Assembly: GCA_047495785.1 (NCBI GenBank)
Contig: JBLDXI010000036.1
Span: forward strand, 1,054,001-1,118,000
Length of the DNA stretch: 64,000 nt
Reading direction: 5' to 3'
From: Lepidodermella squamata
Taxonomy: Eukaryota; Animalia; Gastrotricha
In this document: positions 46,032-58,339 of the stretch, piece after piece
Layout of the letters: each line of letters starts with the position of its first letter
Position numbering within the stretch: the stretch's first letter is position 1
Notes under the pieces: model-generated
Seen by the model: only the letters and a program-made list of their open reading frames with translations
Told to the model about the DNA's origin: nothing
The model's database searches: none
Program-made: the position numbers and the translations under genes

Positions 46032-49000
46032 ATGGAATCTGAATTTTTCTTCTTTTTAATTCTGGTGATTCTCCAAGGTCTGTCGATCGTCTCATCTGAA
46101 GACGGGTCTATCCCAGAAATCTTAGATAGCATTGACTACATTGAGGTTGACTCGAATTTCAACTTTGACGATGCAGATCTCCTGCCAGAGTTGGCAACAA
46201 GCAAAATCGGAACTGTTGTATACAACGTTTGTTTGAATTTTGTTCTTGAAACAGGTTTAACCTTGCTCAACTTCAGGAATCAATCTACTTTGCTCCTATT
46301 TTTGTATCTGAAACAAATTCATCCTATATGAAACGCATGCCCCTGCCAAACTATGCTGTGTTCAAAATCGCTTCGATTGAAGTTGACAACAAGACTGAGG
46401 CGATCGCAGACATGAAATATCGCTTCTACTCATCGATTGGCGTGTGGCAGGAACTGATTCAGACAAAGCAAGGGATCAAAATATCCTCAGTTTTTGGCTG
46501 CACTTTCGACTCCAAACATTCTTACTTCCATTATATGACCATTATAGCCGAAGGGAAGTTTTTTGGTTCCACGGTTCGATTTCATCAAAATGAAAGCTAC
46601 GCCAAACTTCTCAGTGATGGTAACTTTAGAGTTACCATCAATAAAACCTTCGAGACAGTGGCTAATCGGAGATTCAGGTGAGCTATTTTTAGTTCTAATC
46701 CTGCTTATTTGTTGACCCCTCAGAATTTCAAAAACTATTAAGGATATAGTGATCCTGTGAATTTTCGAATTACTGAAAAACGAGACTCCATACTCTATGC
46801 CAGGCGTAGTCAATCGTGGCGATTTTCGCCAAATTTCGAGTTTTTCAACATCCGCTAAAATTTCAACCAAATTTCACGGAAATTTGAGGAAAAATACATT
46901 GAATGAAGGGGGATTGTTTGATATTAAATTAGTCATCCGTAATACATAGCATAAAGGAATTTTTGCGTGTCGAATGACCTTGTGACTAGGCCTGCCCTAC
47001 GTGTTCGCTCAATGAGCGGAATTGTAATTTTGTCGTCGTTGATTTTTCAAGGTGGCCTGCAAAAAAGATTTAATGCTATACATACTTGGTATAAAACTTT
47101 ATCTTCCATTCCAGAAAAGTCGAATTCTTCGATTCGCAGAGCTTCAGTTCCGCGACCATATGTGTAAACAGCAGTTTTGCTCTTGACGACAAACTCTCAT
47201 TCGATTTGCCAATCACTTCCGAGATATCTGAATCGGCAGTATCTTTCCTGACTGTTGATCAGTTGCCAGTAGAAGCTCAAGGCGAAATGGAGTTTCTGAT
47301 GACCTATCCGTTAATATCAGCTAGAGCTTTGTTCAAAATTCAAATCGGCGGATGGCAGTCGTATCACATTGGTGGTAGTGTCAATGTGAAAGGGAAAGGT
47401 TAGTGTATTAAACATTTCAATAATCCTGAGGTCGTTTTCAGAAGAGCCTTCTACTTTCATCAGGACCTCAGCAAGCTGTAATAAATAGAGCGCTTCAATC
47501 CGCATACTATCAAGTTTTCAGCCAAATCGTCGCAATCTCGAGATCCAAATTAACATCCTCGCAGGAAGTAAAATATTTGTACGGAGCTTCCGCGTGTGGC
47601 CTCGGCCGCGGATCATCCCGGCGCCAGTTCGGGGGCCATCGAATTGTGGAGCATGACATTTTTCTCTTCCAACCTGTAGCTTGGCTCCATCATGAACTCG
47701 CGAACCAGATGATGATGCTCTTCTCACCAGCCGCAACCGGGTCTATAATGACCTCCTTCGAAACTGCGCAAGGGGAAGAAGAAGTCTTCGATACGGCCCC
47801 GACCTGGTGTCAACACTGCTCAGAGCAAGGCATCTACAGCGACGGCCTCTTCAGTTTTGCCACCCGGATTCTTTACTTCATCACTGGGTCGAAACCTCGT
47901 TCTGATATCTTGCTCGAAAAGAACCGCAATATTAATGAAAAATTCATCAGCGAATTATCGAAAGATAGCAACAGCTTCATATCGATTAATGGTGTTACTG
48001 GGCCGGATGAACTTCACATGAATCAGTCGAATAACTTGGTTACCAATATCCTTGGCCAACTCGCAGTTCACTTCACGCAGTACCTGTGTTGCCTAAATCG
48101 AGAGCCAATCGATGACGAGTTGTTGGACTGTGCTAAGCGGATAAAGTTTCCGTTTGATAATGTTACAAAGATCAACTATCAGTTTGATGGTTTCACTTTG
48201 AATGATGCGATCTCCCAGGCTGATGCTCTCCTGGCTCACTTTCCAGTTGGATACAACTTCTCTGGAAGGTTCCTCGAGCAAGCCCCGCCTGAGATGTTGA
48301 GAAAGGATATTGATGTAATGATAATCATTTTCATGGTGTTAAAACTGCCTCTCTATTTTTGAGATCTCAGATCTCAGCGCTAATGATCGCTGATGTGATT
48401 TTAATAATTACACTGCAATTTTTTACTAAATCAAGTTCGATTCCACATGATGATGGGAAAATCGATGAGAGACTTACACAAGGTTCCATCCCGACATTAT
48501 AGGCTTTGGCGCTACCTTTCAACCAGGGTGCGACAACCCAGCTTTGGGACTTCAACCAGGGAAAGTCCGCAAAAACCTTTGGGGGGATCCTTTGGTCTCT
48601 CCGGCTGGGTGCTAGAAAACACCTCATCTCCCGGATCCTGCTCCGCACCCTGTCCCCAACACACGTTTGTTTAAGATGCAGAACTTCGTTGTAATCTTAA
48701 TATTATTGATTCACCACCATGATGGTAAGGCGATGAAGGATAATCTTAATATTGTTCATATCAGACTCAAACGATACATTCCACTAATACTCATGACTAA
48801 AACCGCTTTTTCACAATATCAGCAGGCTTTTTACTGTTCAGAGGCAACATCAATTTCACTAATCAGTTAATTTCATGATATCGGCAGTCCAGAAAGCCAA
48901 ACACGGTTTCGAAGTAGAATCCCCGAACTAGGAGGTATTATCGGGCCCACATTTTACGACCAATTTTATGAGACATCTGTTATCTTTTCCGTAATTTCCA

Positions 49001-51835
49001 CCTTGGCCTGTCGAACTGAGTGTAATACCTACACCTCATTATGCTCATTATGCAAATGTCTTACTTTCTGCTTCGCTTAATTCCTAATTATCTGTTAATG
49101 TTATAATCAAATGACATCTTGGTTTTTAGAACTACAATCGTCGCTTCGGGAGAACTTCCGTTGGTGGCGTTGGAATCGTAGAAATTCCTGCGACCTCACT
49201 ATCAATCAAAGCCATTCTTGAAATGCAGCTGGCCACGGTGTCTTCATTCGCAACTGGGAGGAAGGATTTCGAGAATTTACTGCAAAACTACCAATCTGGC
49301 CCGTTTATCATCTGGAGAAACGTGACCGATGCGAAAAATGCAGCAATTGGACACACCTATACCGCGGCTGCATTCCTGGGTGTTCTCATGTTCGGATTTG
49401 GCGGGCTCCGAATAAGGACTAATCGGGTCGATATTCAACAGCCATCGTTACCGGAAGGCATTGACAACCTCACACTGTCACAAATCGCATTTCTAGGCTA
49501 CGAAGTCAACTATCACGTTAATGCATCGCATATTACCTTGTTTTCGCTTACTGATAGCTTCAGGAAAACAACACGGCTATTCAGTCGAATGAAAAACGGG
49601 TATATCCCACTGACATCGGCTGTGGTTTCGCTGGAAATCCCACCAGTGCCCGAGACATCTGATACGACTGCGGCGATTTACTCTTTCATAGCGGATAGCA
49701 GCTCGAAGTGCGTTTTGGATGACCGAAACTACAACAGCCACAACCCGTACTATTCTGTGGACGAAGCCGAGGACAATTCCAAAAATTCAGGTATCTCTAG
49801 CCAATTCAGTGTAGGAAGGATCCTCGAAGTGGGGTACCTTTGAGCTAGCTTCAAGTATTTACGGTCCCGAGTTTATCGGACCAAAGCAGTGCGCTAGTGG
49901 TATAGCTAGTGGTCCCCCACACTACGTCAATGCCAAGGTGGAAAACACCAACAAGACCCTTTGGCCATATCGGGGCACGAAAACACTGCATAGTTCGGAT
50001 CCTACATCGAGCACTGAATGGTCCCCCTTTGGGTTTTCAGGTTTTTTGTCTTCGCCATTCGAGCTGGGTAGTGCACGAAGTAGGATCCTCGAACTAGGAA
50101 GTGTTTTGGGGCCCCGATATTATGGCCAAAGGGTCTCTCCGTGGTTTCCACCTTGGCCTCGTGGCCCCCATTCCTCCCGTACTTCGCGCACTGGAGCTGG
50201 GGGTACTGTTCCCACTTACCCCCGTACTTCGAACACTTCGCCAATTATTAAAGTGTATTTGTGAATTTAAGATTCTGGAGACGATCAACTGCTCCTGATC
50301 ATTTTGACATCCGCATTCGGCGCCATCGTCGTCATAGTCTTAGGGCTTGGGTTCCTCTATCGAAAACGGTTTCGAAAAAAGGCGGCTAGTATTGTAGCGA
50401 ACAGCGATTCCAGCTACATCGTACCATTCGCAGACTTCACAAAGCTACTCGAAGGCATGGAAGGCGCACAAGATCTCATCATCCTGATCGAGCGAATCAA
50501 CGTTTGCAACGACTGGCTCGAAATAACCGGCATATTGGGAACTGGCCACTACGGCGCCGTGCAACGAGCCGTTCTCCGCATGCCTGGGCAGAGCGAGCAG
50601 GACGTAGCTGTTAAAAGCCTCCGGCCTGACGTCAAGTCCGATTTTGTTGGCCTTATCAAAGAAGCCCATGTTATGAAAGACTTCGACCACGAAAACGTTC
50701 TGCCGCTCATCGGAATCGCGATCCTCCACGACCAGCCGCACCTGATCGTGCCTCTCATGCAAAATGGGACTCTAAAGGAATATCTGAAGCCGAAGAAGTT
50801 GGCGGATGTTAGTTACAGCGAAAGGATGCGGTTCATCACCCAAATTTGCGATGGTATGGTGTACCTTCATTCAAGGAATTGCCTTCATCGAGATCTGGCA
50901 TGTCGCAATGTGTTGCTGTCTAGCGATTTAACGTGTAAGATTTGCGATTTCGGCCTGTCGCGAGTGTTGGAGCAGGAGGATGACTACTATCGAACGTCGA
51001 CGGAGAATGAGTACGCTGTTCCGGTCAGGTGGCACCCGCCCGAGTCGGTGATGCGGAAAATCTTTGTTCTCAAGAGCGATGTTTGGTCCTTTGGCGTTGT
51101 CGCCTGGGAAATTTTCACAAGTAAGGAAACAAAGTTCGCTAAATCTTCTAAAATAGTTCACCTGTTCGAAAGTTTTAATTCCCGAGAGACAAGTATATTT
51201 CAGTTCATTGATTAAGCAAAAGAATCCTTCCATGAGAACAAAAAGAAGAAGATAAATTGTTCAACCCGGAAAAATACCGGAAAAGTCACTTTCGGGTTTT
51301 CCAGTTTTCTTTAGCTCTGTAAATGATGGAAACAGTGTAGGATCTTCGAACGAGGGAATATTTTCCACCCGGAACTTGTTGACCAAAGGTTCCCTTCGGA
51401 GGTTTATTCGGGTTTCCCAGCCTGGAACTTTCGAACCTTTTGACCAAAGGTTCCCCTCAGTGGTTTATTCGGGTTTCCCAGGACCTTTCGAACATAGGCG
51501 GATATGAAACCCCTTTACTATGGAAATTCATGATGTTGAAGGTTCAGTTAAAAGATGTTATTTCTTCTTACAGACTGCGAACGCGAACCTTACGACCAGC
51601 TTCAAGCCATGGAGGTTATTTTCAACGTTTGCCACGGTTTTCGATTGCCAAAGCCACCGGCGTGCCCAGATAAAATGTAAGTGTACAGAACATATCGAAC
51701 AATATTCTCTAATAATTTTCATTTTCTAGCTACGATTATATAATGGCGAAATGCTGGCAGCAAAATCATGAAGATAGGCCGTGCTTCAAGCAGATTCAGG
51801 AAATGTTACAAGACCAAGCATTCACCCATTGTTAA
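46032..51835 (+). CDS. Receptor tyrosine kinase with GH65/PGGHG-like ectodomain (~1167 aa)
   Basis: Exons 46032-46226, 46277-46677, (46750-46803 uncertain), 47115-47398, 47464-48314, 49130-49790, 50272-51120, 51574-51676, 51730-51835 join in frame. Signal peptide; GH65 motifs GVTGPDE, SQADALLAHFP, FLGVLMFGFGGLR; TM LLLIILTSAFGAIVVIVLGLGFLY; kinase GTGHYG, VAVK, HRDLACRN, DFG, YY, SDVWSFG. Confidence 0.85.
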
Positions 51836-51951
51836 TTATTTCAGCTTTGCTTTGGTACCATTTGAATTTTTATACCTAATTCAATAAATAAATCTTTATT
51901 CGAAAAAAGTATTTATTCCAATAAAAATCGAAATTATTTATCGAAGAAATA

Positions 51952-53274
51952 TCAATCCATGATAACGCGATCGGTTATCGATTCCAATATCGGTTTCGTT
52001 GGCAGAGTGAAATTCAGCTCAATCAGCGATTTTGTATCCAGCTGGTTGTAGGTTTCAATCAAATTTCCATCCCAATCGTGATCTTGCTTCTTCTCAAGGT
52101 GTCTGAAATCAGTCCATTCAGGATTCGGCCAGCTGACTAGGTTCCATTTCTTCGCTAAAAGGCTGAAAATTGTTTGATCATGACGATTTTCTTTAAAATT
52201 CGGCAATTCGTCCCTCAACTGGCTGGGCTCATCGGTTAAAATTCGCGGGTCTTGAGAATAGGTCAACCATTCGCTAACGAAGCGTATCGAGTCGAAAGAT
52301 CGGCGAAGCATGACGTAGGCGCCGTAGATTTGCATGGTTTCGTTAATTCGAGGCATTAAATGTTCGACATTCAACAGGAGATAGGCGTCGGATTTCGACC
52401 ATGGAAATTCGGGAAATCTTTGGTAAAATACAACAATATCTTGCTCCAGTTGAGCCTAAAACGAAATTCATAAAATAAAAATAGAATGGAAAAAAATCGG
52501 GAAAAAATTTTAAATTTAAATTTTTGAAATTTTTGAATTTTTGTAATTAAATTTCAAAATGTATTCAGATTTAAGATTTTAAATATTTTTTTAACTATTT
52601 TTTAAGGTGGGAAGTTAGAGGAAAAAACCCGAGGAAAAAATCTGGGTATCAAATTTCAATTTTAATTCAATTTTCGAATTAAAATTTCGATATTATGAAT
52701 TTGTTCGAGATCGAATGCTTACCTGTAAGCAAACAAACTCTTCCAAATTATTGATAACAAATTTATCCGAATCTATGTAAAGCATGACATCGGATTCGTC
52801 CAGCTCCAATAGAAATTTGAGAATCAAATAGGGTTTCCACAACCAAAGCCCACCGCCGCGTTCGATCGAGATGATATCCCGATTTTGGGCTTCAAAATGA
52901 TCGTCCAGTATCGGCTTAGCGACTACAACGCAAATATCGATTCCTGAAATTTTAACAGCCATTTCACAGTGCTTCTTAGCTTCTTCAAGGTACCAGCCAT
53001 GCGTAGCGCCTGTTACAACGATTCTATGTCCTTTAACTAGGCTACAACGCTCATTTTCGGGTAAAGTCATGTTTGGTAGCTTCAGGGGCCGATAGATGAA
53101 GATTGAGCCTGGGGCACTTTTCTCCGCAATTTCGTCGATCCATTTGAGAGAATTTTTCGGGAAAAGCTGGTTTTGAAGGTCATTAATCCAGCTAGTAGCG
53201 AGGAGATAGGTCAGGAGGAGTAGACCAACCAGTTTCGGAAACAAAAATTTCGATTGGCGAATCATCAGGCTCAT
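51952..53274 (-). CDS. Putative GT-A-fold glycosyltransferase, type II membrane protein (351 aa)
   Basis: Exons 53274-52723 and 52455-51952; N-terminal TM; motifs RGGGLWLWKP, LYIDSD (DxD), WSKSDA, NRHDQTIFSLL. Confidence 0.7.
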
Positions 53275-53697
53275 CGGTTTTCAATAAAAAATCTAAATAC
53301 AGTGAATCAAAATGAGACTAATGAAAAAATAGGATTATCAAAAAAATCAGGGTTAAAAGTTGAAATTCTTTTGAAAAATTTGGAAATTTGGAAAATTAGA
53401 AATTTTTTAGAGAAAAAGAAAAAAATGATATTTTAAAATATACAATTTTTTTTAAATATTTAAAATAAATAAAAAAATTATATCTCAAAATTGCCTATTC
53501 CGATAATTTATTTTCAATCATTTCTTAAGTAGTAAACAAGTAAACTAGCTTGAATTTAAATTTTCTAGATTTTTAAATTTTTCAAAAATTATTGAATTTT
53601 TTCTCGCGGCTTCGATTTGTCACCCTGAGTTTTCAAAACTACAGAAAATTTCAAACAATAATTTATATTCGAATTATTAATATTTTATTCGAGTTCA

Positions 53698-54705
53698 TCA
53701 GAATTTCTCAGGCCTGTAACCGTCATTTTGCGAATCATTCGATCCAATGAAAGCCATCCAATCGCTGCGCCAGGATTGACTCGAATATTGAACAACAAAA
53801 GACCCAGGGAAAAGCTGTTTGCAAGCCGCTTCATCGAAAACCGGCGACAACCCAGAACAAACTGGTTTCACCTTAGCATCTTTCCACGAAAAAGGATGGA
53901 GAACATTTTTCGGAAAAATTCGCAAATCGTAAATAAATTCCGAACAATTGTACAGCGACCCGGCCGGCTCGATACCCGTCATTTCCCGCCTCACGGCAAT
54001 GTAGCTCAAAATCGAGTTGAAAAACGCGACGGGGCCGGTGATAAAAACCGGCCTAACGTCACGCCTCGCATATTTCTCGGCCGCAAATTGAAACTGGGTC
54101 AACGCGATAGAAAACAGCAAATGGCCGGGCTGCGCCGCCATAACACTCGCTGGGACGAAATTTTTGTCCAAATCCTCCTCAAATTTTTCCATCATATAGC
54201 CGAGTAGGACAGGGTGAGCTTCATCGGCCACCAGGGTGTCTAATGGCTGTAACGGCTCCGTGTCCAAATCCGCATACATCCCGCCGTAGCGGTGCATATA
54301 CAAAATTCGGCTAACGTCAGACTTCATAACGCCAACAGGCAGCGAGTCGTAGAAATTGAGGAGGTAAGGGTAGAATTTAGCGACCAGGTCACGGTTCATT
54401 GCGTCCGTCCATAACTGGTGCGACCAGGCTGGGTGAAGGTCGAGCCACGTTTTTCGGTATCTCGCGTAATTTTCCGGTAAATTATCCGAATTTTTCCAGG
54501 TTTGATGAAGAATTTTTGGAATTTTCCCGCCGAGCGAGGCGGCGATTAATTTCGCATCGATCGAATCGAAATCGATTTGTTCCGAATTTCCAGGATCAAA
54601 TGCTGATAATAAATAGCAAATAATTATTGTGGAGCTGATTAAAATTATTGATATTAGAAAATTGAAGCATTTTCTCAGCTGAAAATCACTTGCATTAAGC
54701 AACAT
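53698..54705 (-). CDS. GT32 glycosyltransferase (MIPC synthase SUR1/CSH1-like), intronless
   Basis: N-terminal TM; IPKILHQTWK, LWTD, SDVSRILYMHRYGGMYADLD (DxD), TGP. Confidence 0.88.
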   Translation of the reverse strand: MLLNASDFQLRKCFNFLISIILISSTIIICYLLSAFDPGNSEQIDFDSIDAKLIAASLGGKIPKILHQTWKNSDNLPENYARYRKTWLDLHPAWSHQLWTDAMNRDLVAKFYPYLLNFYDSLPVGVMKSDVSRILYMHRYGGMYADLDTEPLQPLDTLVADEAHPVLLGYMMEKFEEDLDKNFVPASVMAAQPGHLLFSIALTQFQFAAEKYARRDVRPVFITGPVAFFNSILSYIAVRREMTGIEPAGSLYNCSEFIYDLRIFPKNVLHPFSWKDAKVKPVCSGLSPVFDEAACKQLFPGSFVVQYSSQSWRSDWMAFIGSNDSQNDGYRPEKF

Positions 54706-54819
54706 TTTTTCGAATAAAAATAAAAACAATAAATGTTGTGTAGCAATTCAAGCGTGGCACGCGATTTAATTTTCGACGTGAATTCATTCATTTTTATTTT
54801 TGTTTTTCACCACGAAAAA

Positions 54820-56512
54820 ATGTTGATTCGTTCGATTCCGAGTGTTAGGTTGAAGCGATTCTTCACGTTGATTTGCTGGACGGCTGGTTTTGTGGCGATT
54901 TCGACCGTGACCTTGATTCATTCAAGCGTGAAATTTTCGATTTTTAAACCAATAGTTTCAAGTTCATGCCAGGTAATTTTTGAAAAATTAATTTATTTTA
55001 AGTATTAAAAATTTTTGAGATAGAAAAATGGGAATTTTCTGGATTTCGAGATGGGTAGGAGGCGGGAACATATTCGCAGAATTTGTCGGAAAATTGCGGA
55101 AAATGGCAACAATTTCAAGGGAGATCAGGTTGATTGGTCAGCTTTCGAGCAGCGAAGATGGAAAAATATGACGCGACCAAGGTGGTGGTATGACCTGGTT
55201 GTTAATGAGAAATATCAGTTCATTTATTGCGCGTAAGTTTCGAGTTTCCATGATAATTTTCCATTTTCTTCCAGATTAACTTCCAGATTAGTCCCAAAAT
55301 TTTCCATATTCCAGAATTCAGTAAATTATTACTAAAATTATAATAAAAATTGAGTCATTAATAGTGATATTTTTCGATTTTTAATGATTATTGGTTATCG
55401 ATTATCGATTATCGATTCTGATTTTTTTTAATAAAATGTGATTTTGAAGGCTTCATGAAAATTTCAAGATTAACGGAAAATATTTAAAAAAATTCCATAA
55501 ATTGATTTACCGATTTAATTTTTTTGGTCAATTTTTTCGAAATTTCAATCGCTCAACAGGACGCCCAAAGTCGCGAGTACGAATATTCGCCATTATATTT
55601 TACGGCTTTCGAACGCTTCAATCGATGAACAAATGCTGGGCGAAGAAGAAACGGCTGATACCTACAACCGCGATGACCAGCTGGAAATCTACCAGAAATT
55701 GAATAATACCAGGCGGCATTTTGCTCTGCGAAAATTTCACACATTCAGCAATGTTTCAGTGGCCAAATCCATATTGAGTGATTTCCGCAAATTCGTCTTC
55801 ATTCGAGACCCGGTCGATCGCCTGATTTCAGCTTGGCACGATAAGTTATCGAAACCGGCTGATAAAACTGACCTGGTTCATCAAAGAAATTTCAAAGTAA
55901 GCGAAAAATTGTGAAAAATTCAAAATTTTTGAAATTTTAAATTTTAAAAATGAATTTGAAAAAAAAATTAATTTCCAAATTTTTCAAAAAATTTCAAAAT
56001 TTCAAAAATTTGAATTTGAATTTTGAAATTCTAAATTTTAATAATAGATTAATATATTGTTTGAATTTCGATTATTTCAGGCCGTTGGTAGCGATATAAT
56101 TCGAAAATGTCGACCCGGCGCGACCCAGGATGAAATCAGTCAATCGCAACCAGCCACCCTGGAAGAATTTTTGTGTTACCTCGCTCAGTCTGATGACTCA
56201 TCAAAATTCAACCGTCATTGGAGGCCTCAGAACCAGCTATGCTACCCGTGTTCAATCGACTACGACTACATTGGCGTAATGAGCAGCGATGACCTGGAAA
56301 ATTTCGGCTGTGAAATGGAGCATATCGCGAGGCAATTAACCGGCCGAAGCGACGTGCCAAGTCTCGCTAAATCGCCTCGGCTTTACGGCGCGAGACAAAA
56401 CTATCTATCGATATTGGACGAGAAATCGAAGAAATTGCTTGGAGAAGTGATAGAAAAACATTATAAAATCGATTATGAACTATTCAAATTCGCTTTCAAA
56501 GCTCCAATTTAG
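54820..56512 (+). CDS. Carbohydrate sulfotransferase (Sulfotransfer_2, CHST11-14/HNK1-ST family)
   Basis: Exons 54820-54972, 55024-55232, 55560-55896, 56081-56512; PKVAST (5'-PSB), RDPVDRLISAW (3'-PB), HWRPQ..CYPCSIDYDYIG. Confidence 0.9.
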
Positions 56513-56574
56513 CCAATTAAAATGCCAAATTGTTTCAAAATATTTTTAGATTTTTTTGAAATGATAGTTTTACA

Positions 56575-58281
56575 ATGGTGGTGAGGCGAGATCGATGGAC
56601 GTGTATTGGACTGCCGCTCGGCTGGTTCTTGCTGAATTTTCTCGCCTATTTGGCTTTGATTAGCTACAAATCAACGACCCAAGTTTCGAAAATCGACGAT
56701 GGCCGGCCGATTATCACTGCCTTGTTCGGCAAAATTATGCCTAGAAAGAAAAAGGTTGAAAATTTCGCAAATTTCAGACAAAAAATAGGTATAAATTCCC
56801 TTCGAAAATTTTCGAATATTCAAACAATTCCAAAAATGAAAGCAATTTTTTTTGCCAAGAACAAAGATTTAATTTTCAAATGTAAATTGAATTTGAAAAA
56901 CTGAAATTCTGAAATTCTGAAGTTTCAATTTTTCAATTTCTATCCGAATTTTTCGGCATTTAAATTTTTTTTAACTTTATAAAGGATTTTAAAATTTCAA
57001 AAAATCTATTAAAAATTCTCTAGTTCTCAACTTGACCTAATTTTTTATTATAACAGGCTTCAGATTTGAAAATTGAATTCGAAATTAATGAGCGGAAGCA
57101 TCGAATCACTGAAGCGTGTCGAAATATGCGAGAAACGCGTTCAATCCCTGCCTCAAATTTCGAACTCGACTGGGACTCATTCGCTGAATTTCGCCGCAAT
57201 AAATCAGTCAAAATTCGCCCGGCTTGGTGGCAGTTTTTACTCGTCAATGAAAAGCACCAATTTGTCTACTGCATGACGCCTAAAGTTGCTAATACCAACA
57301 TTCGGCACTACATTATGAAGCTATCGAATAATTCGATTTTAGGCGGCGTTTCACTCGAAAAATACGACCGGCTTCAACAGTTGGAAATTTATCGGCAATA
57401 TTTGATGTATAATGAAGACGTGAGGCCGTTATCGTATTTCGAAATCGATCGAGCTCAAAAAATTATGGCCAAATTCAAGAAAATTGCGTTCTATCGGGAC
57501 CCGATTGATCGGCTAATTTCGGCATGGCGAGAAAAATTGTCCACGATCAATTCGGATGGTGTAAATACAAAAGTCTTCAAGGTAAACAAATAAATTGAAT
57601 TAAATTTTGTAGTGTGCCAATAATTTCTTCAGAAATTATGTTCAAATTATATTCGAATTGGTGAACTTTTTTTTTTATGAAATTTCAGATTTCCAATTTT
57701 TGAAATTTAATTTTTTTTTAATTTTCAACAGATCAAAATGCACAACTTTAAATTTCTTTTTTGACATCATCTTTGAAATTTTTAATCAAAATTTTCAAAT
57801 TTCAAATTTCAAAATTTCAAAAACTCTGAAGTAAAGATTCATTAATTTATTTCATTCGGTAATTTATTTATAGAAAATTGGCCGCCAAATAATGAGAAAA
57901 TGCCGTTCCAATGCGACCTTGGCGGAAATCGATCGCGGCCTTCCAGTCACCCTGGATGAATTTCTGTGCTTCTTTGCCTCAATGCCGCCATCCATGACCC
58001 TTAACCAGCACTGGCGATCACAGTTTGACATTTGCAAATATTGCGCTATCGACTACGATTATATCGGCTATTTGCTGGCGAAAAATGGTGAAAAATTCAG
58101 CTTGGAAGTTGAGTTCATTTTCCGACAGCTGACTGGCTTGAAAAAGGTTCCGAAATTCCCGCGACCTAATCAAGGGAAATCGAATATGGCATTGAGCCAG
58201 AAATCGCAAGATACTCTGAGATTCATAGCTTGGAAAAAATATTCTATTGACTATTTGCTATTCGATGTCGGAACTGTTTAA
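56575..58281 (+). CDS. Carbohydrate sulfotransferase, tandem paralogue
   Basis: Exons 56575-56754, 57057-57581, 57874-58281; PKVANT, RDPIDRLISAW, HWRSQ..CKYCAIDYDYIG. Confidence 0.9.
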
Positions 58282-58339
58282 TAAAGAAGCCCTAAATTTT
58301 GCGATGATTCGTTTTACTTGTTAGGAAGTCCAGATATTT

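Noticed and set aside
50304-51215. Calling the kinase MET/RON/INSR, or treating it as a stand-alone gene
   Set aside because: Kinase motifs are generic for YY-loop RTKs, the ectodomain is unrelated, and the ORF start is a TTG within the TM of an internal exon
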